64,000 bases of DNA from the human T2T-CHM13v2.0 reference genome, Homo sapiens, in the NCBI RefSeq assembly GCF_009914755.1, contig NC_060932.1; one strand, 5' to 3'. This document shows positions 51,711-64,000 of the stretch, piece after piece. A program made the position numbers and the translations under genes. Each line of letters opens with the position of its first letter. The first letter of the stretch is position 1. Below the pieces are notes generated by a model. It was not told the DNA's origin, did no database searches, and was given only the letters and a program-made list of their open reading frames with translations.

Positions 51711-52348
51711 TTTTCCCTGTTAAGGATACTAGTTGAAATATCAGCTCCAATTAGCGTAATAGAATAGAAATAGTGTGTAACTCAAAAAACAATTAGAGGA
51801 TAAATTTTCCTTTGTGGTTGCTTCACAATTCATATTATAAACCAAATTAACAAGTTACAGACTTGTATTTTTCCATGATTTCCAAGCATAGACATAGAGT
51901 TTATTACACGTAAGCCAGAAGGAACAAAAATGATCTCTTGTTAAAACATCCCATTCCTTATAGTGCCAAAATTGTTGTTTTGAAATGGCCATGCCTGAAA
52001 CCATAATACTGAAATAATAGAACCTTAATGAATGTAAGTCACTATTTAAAATGGAAGCTAATCAGTGGGATTAGTACCGCAAATGTTTAAAGATGGATAT
52101 ACTGCCATGTAGTAACACCAGTCATATTTCTAAAGCATTTTATGCATATGTTTGTCTTAAATATATTACCATCATTTGGTTCTAAGAGGTGTATCATTTA
52201 GACTGCAATAACCCCAAAATAACCAATAAAAGTGAGAATAATTCTAAAACGTCCTAGCGTTTTTCCTTTATGCCTTTATTTTCTTCCTTTCAAGTGTGCC
52301 TCATCTCAGTACTATCCTTAAACACAGGCAAGAGGGAAATAAGCACAG

Positions 52349-52453
52349 ATGCATTTAAGTGCATATTGAAATTTAAGGAGGCCTTCTCTTTATATTAAAT
52401 GCATATAAATTTCAATATGCATTTAAGTGAATGTTGAAATTTAAGGAGACCTT
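52349..52453. repeat. 37-bp direct repeat with intervening inverted copies of itself
   Basis: Copies at 52349-52385 and 52417-52453; ttaaatgcat (52395) and taaatttcaatatgca (52406) are reverse complements of parts of copy 1. Confidence 0.88.
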
Positions 52454-52832
52454 TCTATGGGGAAAGGAGTTAAAAGGCCAAGGGGAGCTTCCCACAACTG
52501 CCTTAATCATTCTTAACGATGTTTCTGATACATGGCATCTTCTTAAAAGGCCCTAACCCTGCTTCTGATTCCTGTGCTGCCCTCTTCCCTAGTACCTTCT
52601 TTCCAAAAACATTTGTGCATACTGGGCCCCAGTCTCAAAGAGTGGCTATTTGAAAGGGGTGGGGCATGAGCAGAGTAGATGCTTAATTTGGGTGCTTCTC
52701 ATTTACATATGGGATTGCAGAAAAAGAGGCATGGCCCATGGGTTAGAGGCCAGAAGGCAGTAGCCAGTTCTCCATTTGCTGCTATGTTCTGTCATGGATA
52801 TATGAGGAACAGGGAACTCAAAACTTGAGCTT

Positions 52833-53155
<323 letters not shown>

Positions 53156-54463
53156 AAAACTTGAGCTTAGCTTTGCAGGTAAACATAAAGATAACTTGTC
53201 AAGGTGTAAAATTAAGCTATATTTTACTTACAAGTTTGATGACTTCATTTAAAATTTAAAGTATTTATACCTATTATATGTGAGTTCCCATTTCTATTCT
53301 TGCCCTAGGCTAAAAAATCTCAGGGGCAAACTGAATTTATTTTTGTTTCTATTGTTAGTTGAGTATTAAAAGCTAAGTATAAAGTACTCTCTCAAGTAAG
53401 TCTGTGTTTTGAATGAGACTTTTCTGGGACTTCATTCAACTAGATTCACTCCATATCAAGGAGGTGAGAGTAAAGTGACCTGTTTCTTTCCTCCTCCTTC
53501 TGCTTTCTATCAGTGAGAGGCAGGAAGGGAGGGTCTAGGCTGTTTTTATTTCGTTGTAGTAAAACCAGACTTCTTCTTATTCCAGTCACATAACCACTAT
53601 CTTTCTCTTCGTTTCAAGAAGACAATCACATCTCTCATCTAGCTGCAGTTGTTCTTGTTACATAAGTTTTTTTGTTTGTTATATTTGTTTGAAAAAGACC
53701 ATCCAAAGGCTAGAGCAACAAACAAAAGAGTTAACTTCCTTCATTAATTTAAATGTGGATATTAAATATGAAGTGGTTTAGAAAAGATGAAGGATTTGGG
53801 AAAATTGTGCTTTAGAAGTTAAAGTTTTACACAAAGAGTTTTATAAGGATATAAAGTATCTAAAACCATAGATTTGCAGTAAAATTTGAAACTATGTTTG
53901 CCAAAAATACCATAAGCAATATTACAAGGAAACAAGACAAATATGTGTAATAAATGATTTAAATTTGTTAATATATCAATTATAAAGCACAATTAGAAGG
54001 AATAAAACTACAGTCATCTTTAGAGAGTGAGAAATGGCCAAGAAAAAATTATTATGTGGAAAAGAAAATAGCTAAAAAAAAATTCAATATATTACTTCCT
54101 ACTAAACAAAAATGACAAAATGAAAATAACAAGAACCAATTTTTTAATTATCAATTTATATAAGATGTTATAGTGAAAATAGTGTTCAATGTTTGAAACT
54201 ATGCAGTCAGATTTGGAAAAAAATACAGTCTCATTTGGTTTGTTAATTCATCAAAAGCAATTTAGTAGCATATATTAAAAAACATATCTAAAATATAACT
54301 AAGGAAATAATCTCACATATAGAGATGTATGAATAATTTTTATTATCTCAGCATTATTAATATGAAAATATATATAAGGACATTTATAAATAAATTATAC
54401 CACAGACAGAAATTATTCTGCAACCGTTAAAATAATGCATTTAAAATATATTGATGCTATTGA

Positions 54464-55275
<812 letters not shown>

Positions 55276-57699
55276 CTCTCTGGCTGCTTAGATGATAGGT
55301 TAATGTTTTGTTTTCTTATGCTCCTTTATATTTTGCAAACTATTTGCATTACTTTTTAAACAAGGGAAAATATCTTATTTTGAAGAACCATGAATTTAGC
55401 TTCTTGTTTTATAGAGTTTGAGGCACAGGATTAGGAACTTGATCAGTTACTCAAAGAGAATTAATTGATCAAATAGATCCAAAACCCGGTATTCCAAACT
55501 AGCGTTCTCCCTAGGATAGCTTTTTTCTTCCAAAATCTGATGTCCCAAGTCCTTATGTGGTATTGCCAGGTTTGATCTTTAGCTGAAGGTATCCAGTTTA
55601 GCAATCCACCTGCACTAATTGCTTGTTTTGAACTAAATCCAGCAGGCTTGCAGCAGATAGACACTGAGTTTAATATAGAATTGAATTTGAAATGTTGATA
55701 TATTAAATAACTTTGCAGTAAAACTTTAAATCAACCTGCTGAGGAGGCACATGAAGAGTAATTGATGCAAGAAATTATGGGAGAAAGAAGAATGATTCCC
55801 TGAAAAATGAGAATTTCTGAATTGTATGGTATAAAGATCAAAATAAAATTTATAGTGAAAGTCTATGTGAAATGGTAAGCTTGAATCATAGAGCAACCAG
55901 ATAGCACAAATTGCATAATGAAAAGTAATCATTTGACATCATTAAAAGTTAAGGAAAAAAGATATTTCTTTCTAGGAAAAAAATAAATATATTCTTATTT
56001 TCTAAAGTTTATGCTTTTTCCCATTTTAGTTAGGAAAACACATCATTAAATAAAAATGAAGATTTGTATTTTTTAATTTCATGTTTTAAAAATATTGAAG
56101 TTGATGCATATGTTCCAGTAATAAAAAATGTTAATTAATTTGCACCTAATTCTCCTCTTTTTCTTGTCACAGAATTCATTTAATAGTTAAAACAATGAAA
56201 ATAACCTGCTAGAATACACTAGAAATAATGTATGAATCTTTTAAAGCTGGGCAATTTATGACCCATTAGCAGCCTCCTTACTAAGATCATTTGGTTCAGT
56301 ATACCAACCACATAGAGATACACTGATCATACACCAGAGTCAAATAAAACCTTTTTGTGGTTTTATATTTATTTTTAGTAATACTGACTATTCTTTGCAT
56401 TTCTTCTAATCTATGAGTATTCTATTCATAAAACATCTCATTTAAAAAATCGGATAGAAGAATACCTCAAAGATAGATAAATTTTATTTATCAAATAAAT
56501 TTAGTTTTATAACCATTTTTGTTTAACAACTTAAAAATCCTGTGTTTCAAATATAGGATAATATGAAGCAGTTTTTGACTCATTATTTATTCTTCCATTA
56601 TCTTACCAAAAATTACAGCTATCACAGGAAATTTCCAAATAATTTATGGTGAATCCTATCATGAACAAACTTGCAGAGTTCTATTATTCAAGAAGAATCT
56701 TTTGTTCAATAATATTTATAACAATCTCATATTTGGTTATACAGAGATAAAATTATCCTCACATCCCATGTTTGTATCATTTGATTTATAGAAAAAAATA
56801 CACATTTTAAAATAAAATTGTCCATATGTATCTATTCTACGAATAATTGTGATAGATTCTTATATGTTTTATTTTCATTTATTATTGTGAAATTTCATAT
56901 AAATTGAAAAATTCACATTGGATTCAAGTTATGTTATTTGAATTACTTATAAGTATCTGAAATGTTGCATTACCTTATATGCAACTTAAATTCCCTTGCA
57001 AATACATAGTTTTAATATTTGCTAAATAAGTGGTATGATTAGACAAGTGTGTTCACAAATCGAATACACTGATTATAAACTAATATTTTGTCTGCAAGCT
57101 AAGTGATACTTAGCATTTTTTGTCTTTACATCTAAAAACATAAACAATGAACATACAAACAAACAAAAAATCTTGGCAAACAGGAACCTATGATGACAAG
57201 AGAAGAACCAAAGAAGACAATATTCAGGCTTATCTTTCATGCTAAGAACCACCATGTGCAACTCAGATTTGAGGCATGCATTATAACTTCTATTTTATAA
57301 TTAATGACTGATCATGTTGAATTAAGAATGCTTATAGAACGTTTCTGGAAACATACATGAAAGATAGGAAATATGTAATAGGCACATACAAGACACAATT
57401 TATATATATATATAAAACATAAATCTAGGTGTCTGCAAGCTGTAGCTGTCAACGCTATAGAAAAATAATTGCAAATATACCTACCAAAAAGTTGTATTAT
57501 CTATTTCTCATTATCAGTAATATTAGAAGTGGGATAACTCAATTCATGTTCACAAATAAAAGTTCCTTTAAGGGAAAAAACAGGAGGCCTAATATTCCCT
57601 TGATCTCATCCTGCCTTCTGATATCTATGCTACTATCACCATGCATTTGAATTCTTTTATCATTGTTTCAATTAATCAATAAACATTTAACTTTGCAAC

Positions 57700-59300
57700 A
57701 CACTTATCCATTATTTTGTTTTTCATTCCTGTTTGAATCTATAAATTTCCATTTCCAACCAATTTCTCTTGGCTTGAAGAACTTCTGTTACTATTTTCCT
57801 TATTGCAAGTCAGATGGTTACAGACTTTCTCCAGCTTTTAAAAAATAAAAATGCCATTATGTTACCTTCATATTTTTAATATGATTTTCACTAAATATAA
57901 AAATCTAGGTTTGCAATTTGTTTTGGAATTTTAAAGGTATCTGTATTAGTTTTCTCTGTAACAAGTTACCATAAATTTGGTGGCTTTAAAACAAGACAAA
58001 TTTATTATCTCACAGTTCTTTAGGTCAGAAATTGCACTAGGCTAAAATCAAAATATCAGCTGAGCTGCATTTCTTTCTAGAGGCTCTAGAGGAGAATTTG
58101 TTTCCTTTCCTCTTCTAGCTTCTAGGGGCTGCCTATGTTTCCTGGGTCCTTTGGTTCCCCCTTTTTACATTTTTAAGACCAGCAACTGCAGGTCTTGTCC
58201 TTCTCGTATTACCACCTCTTCACATCGCTTTTCTCTGACACTGCTTCCACATTCACATCTGTCTCACTCTCTCCTCTGCCTCTCTGTTCTACTTTAAAGG
58301 ACCCTTGTGATTCAGTGAGACCTACCCAGATAATCCAAGAACATTTCCCTAATTTAAAGACATTTGACTCGCAATCATAATTCTATTTGTATTTAATTCC
58401 CCTTTGCCATGCAATATATTCATCGTTTTTGGGGATTGAAGTTTAGACATCTTTATAGGTGTCATTGTTTTACCTACCACAGTATCATTTCACTTCTTCT
58501 ACCATTTTTGTTAAAATAGGTGTCAGCATTATTTTTTTCTCTGAATGGTTTTAAAATTTTTCTCCTGGTTTTGATTATCAGTAATTGATGTAAAGGTGTT
58601 CTTTGTATTTATTTTGCTTGGGATTTCATTGATTATTAAATCTATAAGAAAATATTTTGTTGATTTTTGAAAATTCTCAGTTATTTTCTCTTCAAATATT
58701 GTTTCTGCTCCATTTTCTTTCTCCTGTTTTTCTGGAATTTAAGTTACAAGTACACTAGAGCTGTTCAACACACTTATCTATTTACCTGTCTTTTATATAT
58801 CTTGCAGCTTTTATCTTTTTGCTTCAGTATGAATAATTGCCTATGATCTATTTTCATTTACTACTTATCTGTATAGCTGCATCTAATCTCTTTTTAAACA
58901 CATCAATTGAGTTTTTAATTTTATGTATACCATTTTTCACTTCCAAAGTTTACTTTTCGTAATTTTCTATAAACTGTTTTTCTTCTTGAAAGTATCAGTT
59001 TTGCTTATAATTCCATAATACATGTTGACCAAAAAATTTCTTTAAGATCTACTTCTAAATATGCTGTTTGATTGTATTCCTTGTTAGTTTGTCTGCTTTG
59101 TTTGTTGCTTCTCTTAAAGCTTACAATTTCGTGTTTATTCCTGATTAAGTGCTCAATATTCAATATGATACATTTTAAAGATAAATTGAAGCTCTGCTTG
59201 ATAGTATAGTCTTCCAGAGAGCATTTATATTTGCTTCTCACAGGAATCTAGACTAAGTGACTTCTAATCCAAATTCTCCATAATCCAATCAGAGATAGAG
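57700..59300 (-). mobile_element. Very old L1ME/HAL1-like fragment (ORF1 region), split by MLT1
   Basis: ttttgaaaattctcagttattttctcttcaaatattgtttctgctcc...tctggaattt and similar reverse ORF1 motifs. Confidence 0.5.
57942..58481 (-). mobile_element. MLT1C/D solo LTR
   Basis: tgtattagttt...ggacccttgtgatt...acccagataatcca...cctaccaca; perfect 5-bp TSD gtatc. Confidence 0.9.
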
Positions 59301-59459
59301 AAGGGTTACAGCTGAGTTTTAGTTCCTTTGAACTAAAATTTAGTCTTATTCCTGGAGGAAGACAGGAATTTGTGATCTCATCTAAAAATCTGTATTCTTT
59401 ATTAATGTGTTTTATCTCTGTTATCTGGAAGGCTTGGAATGACAATATTTTTAAAAAGG

Positions 59460-59676
59460 TAAATTAATATTAACAATATTTAAACTCAATGGATCACAAA
59501 TATTATTTCAACATGTAACCAATATACAAATTGTTAATGATTAACTAACCTTATTTTTTATTCTAAGGCTTCATATCTGCTGTATATTTAAAACTTACAT
59601 CACAGTTCAATTTGGACTGGCCACATCTCAAATGATTGAAAGACACTTTTGGCTAGTGATTACATTAGAAAGCTCT
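59460..59676. mobile_element. MER33-like hAT-Charlie fragment
   Basis: atattatttcaacatgtaaccaatata...acttacatcacagttcaatttggactggccacat. Confidence 0.7.
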
Positions 59677-59941
59677 GATCAAGTGAAAAATAATTCCGGA
59701 TGCTGGTCTGCTTTTCTTCCTAAGGTCTTGGTCATGTGATTTCTTACAGAATTGTTAGCTCTACAATGCCACATTTCATAATTTGCTTAATTTTTCCGGT
59801 TGTTTTTATTGTTAGAGTTGGTCTGAATTCCCTGTTCTACTATTAATAGAATGAGATTCCTTTCCAGCTTAGTTGGCCATTCTTATTTTTCTTTTTATAT
59901 TCTGTCATTTTTTTCTCTTTGACTTTCTTACCTTTCATTGA

Positions 59942-60287
<346 letters not shown>

Positions 60288-60418
60288 AGTGTTTGAATTT
60301 ATATTACTTTTGTCCTAGAAATTTTACCATTACTTACCTAACTTATCAAAGCAAAAATTCAGTTAATGTATTCAATCAACTCCTCCCTGATATTGTATTT
60401 GTGTTAAAATATGTCATA

Positions 60419-60712
<294 letters not shown>

Positions 60713-62535
60713 TCACATTTTTATTTTACTTTTTCTCCTTTTCATGTCTTGTATCTTAGGCATTATACATAGAATAACTACTCTTCTGCTTGAAGTTGAT
60801 CCCTCATAATGTCCTACAATGAAAATTCTCTCCATTTTTCTGGGATTGGTGAATTTGTGTTTGAAAATACTTTTATTTTGCTTCATGCTTGGAAGGTAAT
60901 TTTTGATAGATATGTTAGCTGATTAAATCATTCTAAACCATATACATATGTCAAATATCACAATGTGTGCAATTATGGTTTTTCACTCAAAACCAATATT
61001 AATAATATAGTTGCCTAACTCACTTGGGAGCTAGGGAAGGAGTAAAACTGATCCCTACCACATATTTCATTATTTCTAAATTTCATAATAGGTTAAACAT
61101 TGCATATGTATTCCTGGTGAGGCTTGTAAATATGAAAAGAGAAGGAAAACAAATGAATTAAAAAGGAAATAAAATATATACATGCAAAGTAAGAGAGAAC
61201 AAAAAGGAAAACAATACAGGAAAAGGTTCATGGGAATATGTTACTCTTAATTGCTTCTGAAACCAGGTTAGTGGGAAACACATCCTGGGGTTGGGGGCAA
61301 GATTAGAAAGTTTTGCTTCAACTTGCTAAAGATAATTGGTATATTATTACACTTCCCAACATCTCAGTTACACCAACATTTGCAACATACTGTGTCCTTT
61401 TTCTACACAGTGAAATTGCTAGGAAGAGGAGGTAAGGGCTCTACAGGAGGAAAGGGCTCAGCAGTTATTATGTATGCACTCTGTGTCCATTGCCATGGAG
61501 ATATTTTATTTGGTTCTAAATTGGTTGATAGATAATTATTTTCAACTTGTGGAAAAATATGATTCCTTTTTCTTCAGCTATTATTTTTGTTATCTTCGCC
61601 ATCTTAATTGCTCATTCTTTGTTGGCAAACTGTCTAATAGAACTAATAAGTATTAAAATATTGTGCTTGCTTTTTTTTATTTGTAGTTTCACAATGATGT
61701 GACTAAGCGAGGATTTTCTTTTTAATTTTATCAATTTGTTTTTAATGTGATTCTCCAAACTGGATTGAAATTCTAAAAGATTCTCAGTAATTCTTCAGAT
61801 ATTTCATAACTGCATTTTATCTGCTGTTAAATTCATCTACTAGCTTTTGAATGCTTTGCTGTTTATATCTGATTATACTTTTAATTTCTAGTGATTCCGT
61901 TTTATTTTTAAATGTGATCTACTTTAGCTTCTCTAAATTCAAATGATGTGAAACCATTATTATTCTAGTTTGATAATTCTAAATTTCTGTGGGTATATTC
62001 TGCTGTTTTTCATGTCCCAACTGGTTCATTCATAATGAATTATTTTGTTTAGTGAGGTATTGTTTGTTTACCATAAACTTATTCTCTTTGAAACATTGTC
62101 TGCAGAAATATTTAGAAGTCTAAGACATAGTTAGGTTCCTCCCAGAAATATATATGTTTCTGTAAAATATTTTCATATACTATGTTTATAGGTTTTTGCA
62201 TTAAATTCTTAATGTGGCCTTTTCAGGCCACTCAGGAAATATGAATTAAAACAAATATCTTCTTAAGCTATATTTTTAAAAATTACATTTTTGTTTCTAT
62301 TATTTATTTTATATTTTTTCAACAATGCCATGCATTTTAATAGTACTTTAAAGTTGTCTCAGATTTTCTAGTTTTTTAGAAATTTAAGAAGGTATTTTAT
62401 ATTATTTATCTAACCTATCCAATAATTGAAATTTTAGCAAACCTAATATGTAAATATGTTTCTCCCTTATGCAGGTGTAAAACTTTGTTGACTTATTTAT
62501 TTTAAATTTTGGAGTGTGCGCCTCTATTTAAGTGA

Positions 62536-62852
<317 letters not shown>

Positions 62853-63164
62853 TCTGAGATACTCTTAAAAGGCACGTTTGGATGTTTATTGAAAAAGAGT
62901 TTAATTTTTTCTGCTATACATGGGCCACATTATTGTTTTAACTTCATCTCTGGGCTTTTGGATTATGCTGTTTTTATTTTTCATACTAAAACAGGTAGTA
63001 ACAGGTGAGTAATTGTGAATTCCTAAAGGATATTTAGTCTATTCTTCTTGTCAAGATGGATTGTCTATATTTTTGATGATCATAGATTTTCAAAGGTATC
63101 TATTTTCATCTTCCTGACTTGTCTGTTATCGTGTTTTGTCTCTCCCAACACCCAAAGTAGACTT

Positions 63165-64000
63165 TAAAGACATACTCCAGAGTGGGTAATTTATAAAGAC
63201 ATAGATTTAATGGACTCACAGTTCCACGTGGCTGTGGAGGCCTCACAATCATGGTGGAAGGCAAAAGGCACATCTTACATGGTGAAAGACAAGCGAGAAT
63301 GAGAACCAAGCGAAAGGGGAAACCCTTTATCAAAGCATCAGATCTTGTAAGACTCATTCATTACCATGAGAACAGTGTTGGGGAAATCACCCCCATGATT
63401 CAGTTATCTCACATTGGGTCCCTCCCACAACATGTGGGAATTATTGGAGCTACAATTTAAGATCAGATTTGGGTGGAGGCACAGCCAAACCATATCATTC
63501 CACCCCTAGCCCCTCTCAAATTTCATGTCCTCACATTTCAAAACCAATCATGCCTTCCCAATAGTCCCCCAAAGTCTCAACTCATTTCAGTGTTAACTGG
63601 AAAGTCCACAGTCCAAAGTCTCATCTGAGACATGGCAAGTCTTTTCCACCTATGAGCCTGTAAAATCAAAAGCAAATTAATTACTTCCTAGATACAGCGG
63701 GAGTACAGGCACTGGGTAAATACAGTCATTCAAATGGGAGAAATTGGCCAAAACAAAGTGTCTACAGGATCCATGAAGGTCCAAAATCCAGCAGAGCAGT
63801 CAAATCTTAAAGCTCCAAAATCATCTCCTTTGACTGCATGTCTCACATCCAGGTCACACTGATGCAAGAGGTGGGTTGTCATGGTCTTGCACAGCTCTGC
63901 CCCTATAGCTTTGCAGGGTACAGCCCCACTCCTTGCTGTTTTCATGGGCTGGAGCTGAGTGTCTGAGTCTTTTCCAGGTGCACAGTGAAAGCTGTTGGTG
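63165..64000 (-). mobile_element. THE1 LTR (63165-63497) plus THE1-int running off the window
   Basis: gggtaatttataaag...cacagccaaaccatatca then ttccacccct...aaaccaatcatgccttccca...aaagtccacagtccaaagtctcatctgagac. Confidence 0.92.

Overview
AT-rich, repeat-dense human genomic DNA. A near-consensus AluYb8 supports a Homo origin. I find no intact protein-coding gene, RNA gene, CRISPR array or prokaryote-type system, and the supplied ORFs I examined derive from repeats or appear to be chance ORFs. The main element missed by the ORF track is a disrupted processed pseudogene of DPPA3/STELLA (~21.13-22.14 kb) with poly(A) and target-site duplication (TSD). Most other recognisable sequence is nested transposons: a two-LTR MER4A1 provirus inside an MLT2 LTR, a full-length Tigger4/Zombi inside a complete MLT1 MaLR, a near full-length L1PB fused to a MER21 LTR, and many Alus, LTRs and old LINE fragments. 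The most unusual structural signal is four short (140-270 bp) local non-tandem duplications plus several fold-back/patchwork micro-rearrangements resembling templated-insertion repair scars. Repeat family names come from recalled consensus sequences, not a database search, and boundaries of old elements are approximate.
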